Below are positions 1-12,427 of a stretch of DNA of 64,000 nucleotides, in pieces. The notes beneath the pieces were generated by a model. The model saw only the letters and a program-made list of their open reading frames with translations, searched no databases and was not told where the DNA came from. The stretch is from Mobula hypostoma (taxonomy: Eukaryota). How positions within the stretch are numbered: the first letter of the stretch is position 1; each line of letters opens with the position of its first letter. The position numbers were made by a program, and so were the translations under genes. Where the stretch lies: the NCBI RefSeq assembly GCF_963921235.1, contig NC_086118.1:28460001-28524000 (forward strand), given 5' to 3'.

Positions 1-116
1 TGTACATAAGCCGAGGTCTTCCTCTAAGTTTACTCCCCTCAATCTTTCCAGAGAGTATGAGTTCTTCTAGTTCATCTTTCCGCATGATGTGTCCTAGGAA
101 TCTGAGTTGTCCTTCT
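1..116 (-). mobile_element. RTE-clade LINE 3' ORF fragment
   Basis: Reverse strand reads GQLRFLGHIMRKDELEELILSGKIEGSKLRGRPRLMY, typical of the C-terminal part of RTE-clade ORFs; truncated by the window edge. Confidence 0.6.
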
Positions 117-218
117 AAGAGAAAGACAACTTCACTTGTACTTCTGATTTTTTTATATATATGAGTCTGTTGTGATTCTCTTCATGTGGTTATTCCTCTG
201 CATGGAAGTGAAAGGAAG

Positions 219-1472
219 TGTAACGCCTGTGTAGTGCTTGTCTTATCTTGTGTAAATGGTTGTCACACTCTTTATGAGAAAATCAAATTACATAGTATGA
301 CATTAGGTGCTAGTGGGCCATTAGAAACTCTATCAGAAGGAGGCAGTGAATCAAAAACACACACTTCTAGAGGTGAGTTTGTTCATAAATATAGCAATAT
401 ATACAAAATATTTACATGAGCAAGAACAATTGAAAATTCCAACATTTTGTCTTAGGTTCCAAATCTCAGATATCAAACGAAAACCAAATTCCTTTTCAGT
501 TAGAATCAGTGATATTCATTAGACTAACCTTTATTACACCAATTTCTCTAACTAATTGGATCTAGTGTTCTTCCCTATTTAAAGGTTTTCCTTTTTATTT
601 ATCCCTACTTAGTTAAGAAACTAAATGAATTCCTATTCTTAAGTATTATGGTTAACCGCAGTTTCATTTTCAGGTCAGTGTGTCTACAAATTCTAATTCA
701 GCACCCCCAAAGTTATACATATACAGCTCAATGCCTTTCATGACAAATCTCCAAGATCACAACTTTTAAACAAAGTAAATCTCATTCAATAACTTATCAA
801 AGTCTTTGCAAAAGTAATCAGTTCTTCCAGAAAATCTCAGTCAAAGGATCTGAATTTGTACTTCCAACAGTATTAACTCCTCTACGTTTTGAAGCATTTT
901 GTTCCCATGCTGTTTCTTCGATCTTGGGTGGCTTGGCATCTTGTTTCTTGGTTCGTTGGATGAAATAAATCACTATCACATTGTCAGTTCCAAACGTTTC
1001 TCAGTTTCAACACTGCCGAAGATATTTCACATACGAATTATACACTCAGAACAGTAAAGGTATTTTAACTCACCAAATCCCTTGGTATGATTTAACAGAA
1101 CTAACTCCAGTTTATACAGCAGTGTTCTTGGACACTAGTATCAGCCATTATCATCTCACTATAGCTGATGCTTCTTATAGCCCTAGCTTCAATAAATCTT
1201 TTATCAATATCTTCTCTCCCCCAGGGGTTTCACCTTGTGGATTTTCAGTATGTAGGGTAGAGATTCAAACTACTAATTCCACAGTTTTTATCTTCAATCC
1301 TTAGTATCTTTAGTTCGCTGCATTTTTGTCGCATGCTTCGTCAGCCATGCCTCATTCTTGCATAAATGTTTTCCAAAGTTCCCTTTTTTTAATTTGCTAA
1401 CCCTCATTTTCATTGCTTCACAGGTGGAAATTTCTAACATTACATCTTTGGGGTCAATTAACCTGGGTTACA
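219..1472 (-). repeat. 3' LTR of the Gypsy element
   Basis: Homologous to 10911-12427; TG...CA termini; adjacent to the polypurine tract. Confidence 0.9.
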
Positions 1473-1487
1473 TCCTCCCCCTTTTAA
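1473..1487 (-). promoter_or_regulatory. Polypurine tract (PPT)
   Basis: tcctcccccttttaa, which contains AAAAGGGGGAGGA on the minus strand, immediately upstream of the 3' LTR. Confidence 0.85.
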
Positions 1488-2730
1488 TTTATGCAAGACC
1501 ACTTGCATATGGCTACAGGTTACATTGCAATGGGTTTGTGTGAAATCTGGAAGAAACTCTACGTTACCTAAACCAGGACCTTGATAAAGGGACTAAAGTA
1601 CTGTGACTAAAGGATTTTCTAGTTCAGGATATGTTAGAGTTCTAGGATTTTCTCTGTGTCTAGAAGACCTCCTGAATTCAGGCTCTTCTTTGCGAGAATT
1701 CTCAGTTATCCTGACTTTTCCTGTCAACAGTTCATTGCCTGTCTTTTTTTCCTTGTCTAATCTCGGACTCATCCGGGATTGACAAAATTTCCAGAGTTGC
1801 ATTTCCTCATTTGTTGTTTCTTCCACAGGGTTTTCTTCAAGACTAACAGGTAAGTTACTTTCAGCAGTGGATTCCTCTTCATCAGGTAAGTAACTTGCAT
1901 TTCTTTGGAGTTCCAGCTCTGGGTCTAGAGCAGGAGTGGTTGTAAGTGGCTGATTTGAGCTCGGGTTGGGTCCCACAGTTCTTTTGTGTAACTGTTCATT
2001 GGTTTCTTGATGCTTAGAAGATTCATCTACAATGTCAAGTCTTGGTCTGAGGTAATAATCCTCATCCTTTTTAGAGTCAATTGGACTTCCTTCCACTTCA
2101 ATTGACTGTTCATTTTTTATACTCCTGTGAGCTCTGTACTTGTGAATAGGGGCTAGAGAAAGTTCTTCATCATCTTCAGAAGGAAGAAATCCACAAGGGA
2201 GCAATAGATCCCTATGTAATGTTCATATGGAGCCAGACTGGTTCTCAGGACGTACTTGTAGACAGAGAGATCACCAGCTTGGCTCACCACTACATAGACT
2301 ATGTCTTCCCATTTCTCAACAAATTGGTTTTAACTTGTAGGCACACATTCTTTACTTGCACTCAGTCTCCTTTCAACTCTGAAGCTGTCACATGTTTGTT
2401 GTATCTGGTCTTGTTTCATTCTGCCATTTTCCATGAGTTTCCCATTGCTACCTTGAAGCTTTCCTCAAGATGAGAATTTAAATTTTGTACGCACCAAGAG
2501 TGTGATATACTATGTTTGTCTTTCAAGGGTAATCCTAAAGCTAAGTCAACTGGGAGTCTGGGTTGTCGTCTGAACTTCAATTTATATGGATTGAAACCAG
2601 TCATCTCATTCCTAGTACAATTATAAGCATAGACTAGGGGTTTCGCAAATTCTCGCCAGTGACTTTTATCTTTCGTCTCCAGGGCTCCCATCATATTTAA
2701 GAGGGTTCTGTTCAGGGTTTCCTTTGAGAT

Positions 2731-4261
2731 AGACAATAGACAATACACAATAGGTGCAGGAGTAGGCCATTTGGCCCTTCGAGCCAGCACCGCCATTCAC
2801 TGTGATCATGGCTGATCATTCACAATCAGTATCCAGTTCCTGTCTTATCCCCATAACCTTTGATTCCACTATCTTTAAGAGCTCTATCCATCTCTTTCTT
2901 GAAAGCATCCAGAGACTTGGCCTCCACAACCTTCTGGGCAAAACATTCCATATATTCATCACTCTCTGGGTGAAAAATTTTTTCCTCAGCCTCGTTCTAA
3001 ATAGCCTACCCCTTATTCTTAAACTGTGGCCTCTGGTTCTGGACTCACCCATTAGCGGGAACATGCTTCCTGCCTCCAGCATGTCCAATCCCTTAATAAT
3101 CTTATATGTTTCAATAAGATCCCCTCTCAGCCTTCTAAATTCCAGAGTATACAAGCCCAGTCACTCCAATCGTTTGACATATGACAGTCCCGCCATCCCG
3201 GGAATTAACCTTGTGAACCTACGCTGCACTCCCTCAATAGCAAGAATGTCCTTCCTCAAATTTGGAGACCAAAACTGGACACAGTACTCCAGGTGTCATC
3301 TCACCAAGGCCCTGTACAGCTGCAGAAGGACCTCTTTACTCTTGTACTCAATTCCCCCTTTTATGAAGGCTAGCATGCCATTAGCTTTCTTCACAGCCTG
3401 CTGTACTTGCATGCTTGCTTTCAGTGACTGATGTACAAGAACACCTAGATCTTGTTGTACTTCCCCTTTTCCTAACTTGACTCCATTTAGATAATTGCCT
3501 TCCTGTTCTTACCACCAAAGTTGGTAACCTCACAGTTATCCACATTAAACTGCATCTGCCATGCATCTGCCCACTCACCCAGCCTGTCCAAGTCACCCTG
3601 CATTCTCATAACATCCTCCTCACATTTCACACTGCCACCCATCTTTGTGTCATCGGCAAATTTGCTAATGTTACTTTTAATTCCCTCATCTAAATCATTA
3701 ATATATATTGTAAACAGCTGCAGTCCCAGCACTGAACCCTGCGGTACCCCACTGGTCACCGCCTGCCATTCCGAAAGGGACCCATTAATCAATACTCTTT
3801 GTTTTCTGTCAGCCAGCCAATTTTCATTGCATGTCAGTACTCTGCCCCCAATACCATGTGCCCTAATTTTGCCTACTAATCTCCCATGTGGGACTTTATC
3901 AAAGGCTTTCTGAAAGTCCAGGTACACTACATCCACTGGCTCTCCCTTGTCCATTTTCATAGTTATATCCTCAAAAAATTCCAGAAGATTACTCAAGCAC
4001 GATTTCCCCTTTGTAAATCCATGCTGACTCGGACCGATCCTGTTTCTGCTATCCAGATGTGTCATAATTTCATCTTTTATAATTGACTCCAGCATCTTTC
4101 CCACCGCCAACATTGGGCTAACTGGTCTATAATTCCCTGTTTTCTCTCTTCCTCCCTTCTTGAAGAGAGGGACAACATTAGCCACCCTCCAATCCACAGG
4201 AACTGATCCTGAATCTATAGAACATTGGAAAATGATTACCAATGCATCCAGTGAGTACCAA
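2731..4261 (-). mobile_element. 5'-truncated CR1 LINE inserted in the Gypsy integrase
   Basis: ORF 3487-4242 has CR1 RT motifs (GNYRPVS, QHGF, YLDFQKAFDKVPH, GVPQGSVLG, KFADDTK); 3' microsatellite tail (agacaat)n at 2731; flanking TGAGAT duplication (2725-2730 and 4262-4267). Confidence 0.92.
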
Positions 4262-5219
4262 TGAGATGATGTGGTGTAGTTCTGACTTTTTGAATTCCAG
4301 CTATCTCACACATTTCTTTAATCAAGTGGGATTCAAAGTCAGGCCCTCTATCACTGTATAGACACTCAGGGTAACCATAATGAGAGATGAAATTTTGCCA
4401 CAGGCACTTTGCAGCCATCTTGGCTTTCTGGTTATGCGTAGGAATAGCCAAAGCATATTTAGTAAAATGATCAGTTTTTACAAGCACCTCAGGTTCTAGT
4501 GTAAGAAAGTCCATGCAGAGCAACTGCAAGGATCGAGTAGTCACAATATTTACTCGCGGAGCAGCTTTCTCTGGTAAAGTCTTTCTTCTTGTGCATCAAC
4601 CGCATGTTTTAATTTTGTGCTACACATCTGTAGCCATTTTGGGCCAATAGAATCAGCCTCCAACTAAATCCAGGGTATGATCAATACCATGTGACCAAAG
4701 TCATCGTGAAGATTCTTAGGTAGATCAGATTGAAACTTTTCAGGCAAAACAAGCTGGTAAACTGTTTTATCTCCAGTTAATCTCTTCCTGTAGAGAATTC
4801 TATCTTTTAGCTCTAGACAATCCCATTGCCTGAGAAGGTAGAGTAGTGAGGATTGTATTTCTCACTGAATGGGATCTGCTTGATGACTTCCCTCGTTCAA
4901 GGATCAGCTAGCTGGGAGTGTATAATCTCACATCAGAGAGATGAGAAACGACTAGTAATCCCCGACACTGATCACCTCGTGCGTTAACTGTCAGGTACTG
5001 CACTTGAATGCATCGTTAAGGATCCAACAAATGCAACGGCGACATCTGTGGCAGGTTCTGTCTGTTGGATAAGATGACTCTCGCATAGCTTGCACAACAT
5101 CAGTGCTAACTTCAACCGCATCACCCAAGTTCACCAGATGACTTTCAGTAAACTTCAAGATGCGTTCCTGCTCTTTCTGGGATGTGAGATCATCTGTTAG
5201 TCCTCCATGTGGTTGTCAG

Positions 5220-6556
5220 CAATGTTCCCTCTAATTTAGAAGTCAGTGTGCGCAAAATTCTTATCTTGTGCAAATTTTTTTCCTGTGACAAAAGTATGTG
5301 CGCACTGAATGCACACATGGCACAGTTTATGTAGGTTTACAAAATATTTGACATAAAACTGCACAGAATAACTACAAAATAACATACATATTTAAGTCAC
5401 TCAGTTATTTTTTTCTCTCCTGTCTTTGGCATTTACCCATTCTTTGAAAACTATATCTAGACTAATAGAACTTCCATTGAATTGATAGCTTTTGATTCTC
5501 ATTAACATATCCAAATGACATTCACCTAAACGGTTTCTCAGCTTGTTTTTGAGTTGATTCATTAGGCTAAGACCTCGCTCACAGTCTGCACTGGACGCAA
5601 GAAAGGTTCCCTCAATGTCCATCAACTGCGCAAGGCTGCAAAACGGTTCATTTTGAAGTACAAATGCCACCATTTGAGCAATGTTTGAAATCAGTTTGGA
5701 TTTAATTTTTTCTTGCATGGAAAATTTGAAATCATTAAACTGTCTAACTATTACAGTATTTTCAGCTAGAAAATCATGATATTTCAGACATAAGGCATTA
5801 ACTTGTTCATCGCCAAATGTGAAGTCACAATCTGCAATTGCGGAGAAATCAAAAGCTGACCATTCTTGTACCTCATCTTCAGGAAACCTTTCTTCTAAAT
5901 GAACACAAAGACTATTTATAAAAGTCAACAGTGAACTTGTACCTACCATGACGTTTTCTTCACGTTGTTGGCCTAGCAAAACTTTAACTTTGTCACTCCA
6001 CGAAACATTGTCTCCTGGATACTGCTTTCTTTACTTGTTAATTTTGCCTCGTGCAAAATGAAGTGAATCAATCAGTGTCAGGCCACCCTTTTGCAGAATC
6101 TTACGCAGTGCAGCTAGTTCATCAAGGACATCACTTAAAACCTGTAAAGCTACTTTGTATGTGATGTTTATCAACTTCTTGTGACAGTATTTAGTCACAG
6201 GGTCATTTGACTGATCTTTTTCAATAAAAACTTAGTTAGCTATCTACAGGATTTGAAACAGATCTTTGTAAACTTTACGATATGAACACTGTCGGCCAAG
6301 GATGGCTGCCGCCGTGATGCAGCTGGACAAACTGCAACAGGAAAGGTGATGTGACGTAAATTAGTGACGTGAATTGTGGTATTTGAAAAACCGACTAACT
6401 AGTTAACAGAAACATTTAGCTAAAAGATTATTTTCAATGAGTATAATTATTAATTACTACATTATTTTAGGTAACTAACCTTTTGTGCGCACATTAATTT
6501 CCTTTGTGCGCTGGTTGAAAAAAGTGTGTGCGCGTGCACACTTAGAGGGAACATAG
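5220..6556 (-). mobile_element. Internally deleted hAT DNA transposon inserted in Gypsy pol
   Basis: TIRs CAATGTTCCCTCTAA and TTAGAGGGAACATAG; 8-bp TSD gttgtcag/gctgtcag; ORF 5401-5979 has the hAT dimerisation motif ASSADCERGLSLMNQLKNKLRNRL. Confidence 0.9.
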
Positions 6557-8605
6557 GCTGTCAGAACAACTTGTCACCATCATTGTCGAGCTTCCTGGAC
6601 TTAGATTGCAGCTTAAAGTTATAGGGTGACAGAGCAGCTAGCCATCTGCAACTGGTTGCATCCAGTCCAGCAGTGGAAGGCACTTAAATTAGGAGGTTAC
6701 TGTCTGTTACTAAAGTAAATGAATTACCATAAAGAGAATCATGAAATTTTTCACTGCCCACTTTAGGGCTAGGAACTCTAATTTATGGGCAGGATATCTT
6801 GATCCGCTAGGGAGAGTCCCCTACTGGCATAGGCGATGACCCTAAGGTGCCTGTCCTCTTCTTGGTGTAGCGCGGCCCCTAAACCAGTAGTGCTGGCAGC
6901 TATGTGAAATGTACGCCAGCTCAGGGTTAGCAAACGGCAACACTGGAGCAGATGCAAGTTCGTTATGATTCAGTCGAATGCTTCTTGACATGCAGTTGTC
7001 CACCTGCCTCCAAATGGGTCTTTCAGATTATGATATGGCTATCATTCTTCACCTTGGAGTTTTCTCTGGTACCCCGATGTTAAATCATTGAATGGCTTAA
7101 CTTTTTGAGAAAAATCCTGGATGAATTGCAATAATATCTGATGAATCCAAGGAAGGACTTCAATTCCTTTAGATTACTGTGAATTGGCCAGGTTTTGACT
7201 GTGGCTGCTGTATCTTGTCAAAGTCAGTTTGAACTCCTTGATGGGACACTATATGTCCGAGGTATTTAACTGAGGTCTTGCAAAAGCACACTTTCCAGAG
7301 CTAGCTTAAGACAGTACTCTCTGAGTCAATTTAGGACTCTTGTAAGTCTATCCTCATGCTCGTCCAAGTCTTTGGAGAACACAATGATGTTGTCAATTAA
7401 TACAAGGACTTCCTTCAGCTTCATATCAGCCATGCATTTCTCCATAAGTCACTGAAATTCCCCATGACATCCTATTGAACTCGTAGAATCCAAGAGGGAC
7501 ACAAAGGCAGTTTTAGGCTTGCCAGCTTCTTCTACTTCTATCTGATAATAACCAGATTTTAGGTCAAGGGCTGAAAACCATTTGGAACGAGTCAAAGCCA
7601 TAAAAGTGACTTTGATCTGCGGGAGTTCATAGCATCTTTAATTGTCTGTTGGTTTAACTTCAAATAATCTATACACAAACAGACATCCCCATTCTTTTTA
7701 TCTCACCACAACGATTGGAGAAGAAAAAGGAAATTCAGACTCTCTGATCACTGCTGCGTTTAGCAGTTCTTGGAGATGCTTTTGAACATCTTCTGTCTCT
7801 TCTGGCTGTATTGGTTGAGGTTGGAGTTTGAATGGTGTTTCTCAATAAGGTTGATTCAATGCTTCACTTTGTTAGTACATCTGAAATCGAACTGATGATG
7901 GGAGAAACATCAGGGATGCTTCGTAATTTCTGTGTAAGTCTTCTCTTCCACCCAGCAGGGAAAGGATGAATCACTAAAGTTAAACTCTGGGCTTAACACT
8001 TCAGTGGATTCCGACTCACTGGAAAATTTAATTTGTGGTTCTTTCAGAAGTATAGCTTGTGCTATAGTTCAGCTGTAATGCACTTGGAAGGAATTTTGAC
8101 AGCATGTGCTCTTATGTAGGAGATTAGTACTGTTAAGTGACAATGTGGCTTGTTTTCCAAAGTAACCAGGCAAGTCTTTACTAAAAGTCCCCTAGGCAAG
8201 GGAGAAGAGAATGGATGCTCCACAATAGCCCATTTGTCAGGATGTGGTGTTCTGTCTGTGACTGACCCACACAAGACTAAAGCTCTCCAGTTGGAATTTT
8301 TCTAGGGCCCTTGCTGGGTACACTCACCAGCCCAGCATTTTACCTCTGCAGTCTATCTTTGTTGCATCTGTTAAACTCCCAGGACTTCCTTGGAGCCAAA
8401 CTTGGGAGAGAAGTTCTGGCTACTTTGCAGCTTGGTGTAGTCCTTATACAGCTCACCAAGGATACTCATGCCAACTAACACCGCAGGTTGTTAACCTAAA
8501 GACATCTGGAATAATCAATGCCAGGATGGGCACTTTCACATCCATTCCTATAAAGTCTTTTGGGGATGTAACATTGACTTCTACATATCCCAGGAATGGG
8601 ACGGC

Positions 8606-8844
8606 GTGGTAAACCATGTATATAGGTTGTAACTGGGTTACCTGTCTGGACACGCCCCTCTGCTGACTGCTCCGGTGGCTCCTCCCACAGACCCCTGAAT
8701 AAAGGCGATTGTGCCACTGCTCCTCCCTCAGTCCAGGACAGATATTCAACATGGACGTTGGTCCATTTACTGTTAATAAAAGCCTTTCAGTATTTACTTT
8801 ACTTCCAGTCTTTTGGAGTAATTGATAGTGCATCAATTTTATTA
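8606..8844 (+). mobile_element. Short LTR-like insertion (probable solo LTR) in the Gypsy protease region
   Basis: Interrupts the host reading GAN-AVPFLGYVEVNV; flanked by acggc/acagc (5-bp TSD with one CpG-type change); contains AATAAA motifs. Confidence 0.55.
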
Positions 8845-9143
8845 ACAGCATTAGCACCCTCAACTTCCAACAAGTTGGTGAGAGAATGAACTGGTGGTTC
8901 TGACAAGTTGTGGTGATAGTAGGATTTAGAGATGGTAGTGTCCTGCGATCTTGTATCTAATAAACAATTTCATTCTCTACCAGCTAAGCTTATTTGTGGA
9001 GTGCACATTGTATCGACTAATCCCTTGGGTAGGTTAACAGTCTATCTTCCGGATTTTGTTTCACCAAGCAAGATCTTGGATGATTTTGAGATATGCTTTG
9101 CCAACATCAGTCCACGTTTATCCCACCACAGGAACTGCTTCTG

Positions 9144-10778
9144 GTTTAAAATGAGGCTTAGAAGTACCATAACGCGACTCCCACTCACCCTGCCTCTTCT
9201 CGAGCTGTCTTCTCTTTCCTGCTACTAATGCACGATTTGGTTCATAGCAGCAGCAGCTGGCTATGTGCCCATCTTTGCAACATTTAAAACAGTACCAAGG
9301 TTATGGTTTGACGCTTGGTTGTCGGTCAGTGGTTCACAACCACTGTTGTGTCAGCCTTTCCTTTTATTGGCTTATCACTTGCTGTCTCGGAGTCTGCTTT
9401 TCCCTTCCACTGTTTTGTAGCTTGCAGAGTAGCTAGTTGAATTTGAAGCTCAGCGATTTGATTACTCAGTTGAGAAGTAACTGAAGTTAGTTGTGCTACA
9501 TGATCTTCTTTACAGGCATCTGCAGCCTGAGACTGTATAACAGCTCGCTGCGTGACTGTTCTGGAAGCATGTTTGTCTTCCTCGGTGTGTAGAAATGTCA
9601 ATAGCTCAGTAAATGATGACAGATTTTGTTTTTTCTGTTCCAACTGCAGCTCTAAGATTGGGGAGCAGTCCCAGCATCCCCTACAAAACTGCTTATGAGG
9701 TACCGTTTAGCCTCAGTTTCAGCAACCCCGCCTTGCTTTACAGTCAGTGTCAACATTACCTGGAGCCGTTGTAGGTAGGTAGATGGTTTTTCACCCATCT
9801 TCTGTACCGTGTTCATGAAGTTGGCGAAAAATTCATCGCCGTGTTCCATAGTGGTAAAAGCTGAATCTAGGAGACATATGCAAATAGTAGGTGAAGCTCC
9901 AGGGGTTATTGACTTGATGATGTCAGAAGCTGGTGGAAGAATACTTTCACAGTCTTTTCATGTTCTATGAAGATCAGACGCATTTGGGTCTTACAAGAGC
10001 AGTTCAACACTAGCACGCCAAGTCTCATAATCAGCCTCATTAGGTGGAGGAGGGGTTCTACCAGAAATGTTCGGCACCTTACTGCAGGATTGCCATGAGC
10101 CATCGAGTCATTACTGTGCACAATGTGCTCCACTATGACTCTGAATATCTGGAGGTTTAAGATCACTGGGAGAGAGGGATGGGCTCACTGGCAACTCCAT
10201 CAGTTTGTATTACAGGGACCGAGTTGTTCTGCATAGCAGCTGGAACTGTTTCTAGTTGGTTAGTATCAGGGGAGTCTGCTCTGAAATTAGCAGTCGTGGT
10301 CTTGTTACGTACATCTTCAGCAGTTTCAACAGTGATTGTTTCCCTACTCTCGAAAGTAAGGGTTCCACTGTGTAACCTGTGTTAACATCTCTCTCAGGGA
10401 TTTCATCATTATTTTTCCCATTGTGCTTCGCTAAGATTTTCAACTCACCAAGGTAAGCTGGAGTGGTGTCTTTTCCAACTTTCTGAGTGTAAACACTGGA
10501 TAAAGTAACTAGATGGTAAAAAAAAGTTTTTTTGTCACTGCTTGCCTTTTGAGTGTATGGTACAAGGACTGGAGATCTTGCAGCACAGAGCCAAAATTGT
10601 ACTCTTCTATGAGGGATTGGGAGATTCTGCACTCGGGTCAGTTAGAGGAATAACTCAGGCGATTGAACCATATCCTTTTAGAAAGTCTAGTATTTCCTCG
10701 TCTTTTTATTGTTCCTGTTATGCCACTGACTAAAACAACATTTGGGATTTTCACACCCTTTTCCTCTATGACATTCAT
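9144..10778 (-). pseudogene. PNMA/Ma-type gag remnant with CCHC zinc knuckle
   Basis: Starts MNVIEEKGVKIPNVVLVSG (ATG at 10778); VIVEHIVHS and QKMGEKPSTYLQRLQ motifs; WYCFKCCKDGHIASC knuckle (~9250-9300); candidate TTTAAAC slippery heptamer at 9144-9150. Confidence 0.8.
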
Positions 10779-10888
10779 TTTCTTTCACTGTAGGTTTTAA
10801 TTGAACAAAAGTGAGTTTGAAAAGTAAGATTTTTTTTAGTGCTTTGTATACCAATCAGTGTGTTAGCATTTATCTAATAAATTGCCTG

Positions 10889-10903
10889 CTGGCTGGCTCG
10901 CCA
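10889..10903 (-). promoter_or_regulatory. Primer-binding site complementary to tRNA-Arg(ACG)
   Basis: Minus strand TGGCGAGCCAGCCAG, 7 nt inside the 5' LTR boundary; complementary to the ...CUGGCUGGCUCGCCA 3' end of vertebrate tRNA-Arg(ACG). Confidence 0.8.
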
Positions 10904-10910
10904 AGATTTA

Positions 10911-12427
10911 TGTAACTCTTGTGTAGTGCTTGTCTGATCTCGTGTAACTGGTCGCCGCACTCTTTATGAGAAAATCAAGTTGCACAGTACTACACTAAGT
11001 GCTAGTGCACCATTAGAAACTCCAACTATCAGAAGGAGAACAGTGAATAGAAAACACAGACTTCTAGAGGTAAGTTTGTTTATAAAAATAGCAATATATA
11101 CAAAATATTTACATGAGCAAGAACAACTGAAAATTCCAACATTTTATTTTAGGTTCCAACTCCCAGATATCAAATGAAAACCAAATTCCTTTTGAGTTAG
11201 AATCAGTGAAATTCATTGGACTAGTCTTTATTACTCCAATTTCTCTAACTAATTAGATCTAGTGTTATTCCCTATTTAAAGGTTTTCTGACTAACCTTTC
11301 CTTTTTTATTTATCCCTAGTTAGTTAGGAAACTAATTGAATTCCTATTCTTAAGTATTATGGTTAACTGCAGTTTTAGTTTCAGGTCAGTATGTCTATAA
11401 ATTCAAATTCACACCCCCAAAATTATACATGTGCAGCTTAACTCCTTTCACAACAAATTTCCAACATCACAACTTTTAAACAAAGTAAATCTTATTCAGT
11501 AACTTATCAAAGTCTTTGGAAAAATAATCAGTTCTTCCAAAAAATCAAATTCAGATCCTTCGAATGAGAAATAAACTTATACATCCAACGACTTGCGGTA
11601 TTTTGTTCCTGCGCTGGTTCTTCAAACTTGGGTGGCTCGCCATCTTGTTTCCTGGTTCATTGGATGAAATAGTGCGTCGTCTACAGAAAGTCGATTCACC
11701 ATACTTACACAAAAAAAAAACTTGAACTATATTCAACAGGATTATAATCCGTAACTTTTTACATGCAGTCTATTTTCTATTTTGATATAACTCAATGTCA
11801 CATTATCATTTACAAACATTTCTCAGTTACAATACTGCTGAACATATTACACATACAAATTATACACTCAGAACAGTAAAAGTGATTTAACTCACTAAAT
11901 CCCTCGGTATAATTTATAAATTATGATTTATAATTTAAATTTTTATTATATTTACTATCGATTTGTACTCCAGGAAGCGCGAAGCGCAGAATCAAATATC
12001 GCTGTGATGGTTGTACGCTTTAGTATCAATTGTTTGGCAACAATAAAGTAATAATATAATTTAACAGAACTAATTCCCATTTACATGGTAGAGATTTTGG
12101 ACTACACTATATCGTCTCACTATAGCTGGAGTTCGTTTTGGCTGTAGCCTCAATAAATCTTTTATCGATATTGTCTCCCTCCAGGGTTTTCACCCTAAGG
12201 ATTTTCAGTAAGTAGGGTGGAGATACTAACTACTGATTCCACTTTTAATGGTTTCTTTAGTCAGTTTCTATAATTTGCGGCATTTCTGTCGCTTGTCCAC
12301 GCCTTGTCCTCGCATAGCTTTTTTTTTCAAGTTCTTTTTCTTTTCAAAATTGGTAACCCTCATTTTCATCCCTCCACAGTGGTGTTTTCTAACATTACAT
12401 CCTTGGGTTTAACTAACCTGGGTTACA
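10911..12427 (-). repeat. 5' LTR of the Gypsy element
   Basis: Homologous to 219-1472; TGTAAC...GTTACA termini; followed by the TSD GAAG. Confidence 0.9.
11917..12054 (+). mobile_element. Short LINE/SINE 3'-tail insertion inside the 5' LTR
   Basis: Absent from the other LTR; ends in AATAAAGTA-ATA; flanked by a tataattta duplication (11908-11916 and 12055-12063). Confidence 0.7.

Larger units (their letters stand above)
1593..9140 (-). pseudogene. Gypsy pol remnant (protease, RT, RNase H, integrase, C-terminal tail), frameshifted and interrupted
   Basis: Protease NCLLDTRSQ (~8940-8970); RT FSALDLKSGYYQI...KTAFVCPLGFYEFNRM and LIDNIIVFS (~7370-7600); integrase LLCMDFL...DHFTKYA...YSDRGPDFES (4236-4544) continuing NRTLLNMMGAL...YAYNCTRNE (2416-2730). 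Confidence 0.88.
219..12427 (-). mobile_element. Full-length decayed Gypsy/Ty3 LTR retrotransposon with PNMA-like Gag and nested insertions
   Basis: Two long direct repeats bounded by TGTAAC...GTTACA (219-1472 and 10911-12427); 4-bp TSD GAAG (215-218 and 12428-12431); PBS and PPT in the expected places; gag-PR-RT-RH-IN remnants in Gypsy order on the minus strand. Confidence 0.93.

Noticed and set aside
1593..2204. env-like or extra accessory gene in the Gypsy element
   Set aside because: It begins with LLPCGFLP, the usual post-integrase motif, and is an acidic low-complexity pol tail with no signal peptide or transmembrane segment.
2802..3913. Long + strand ORFs (209 aa and 130 aa)
   Set aside because: They are antisense shadows of the CR1 ORF2 on the minus strand.
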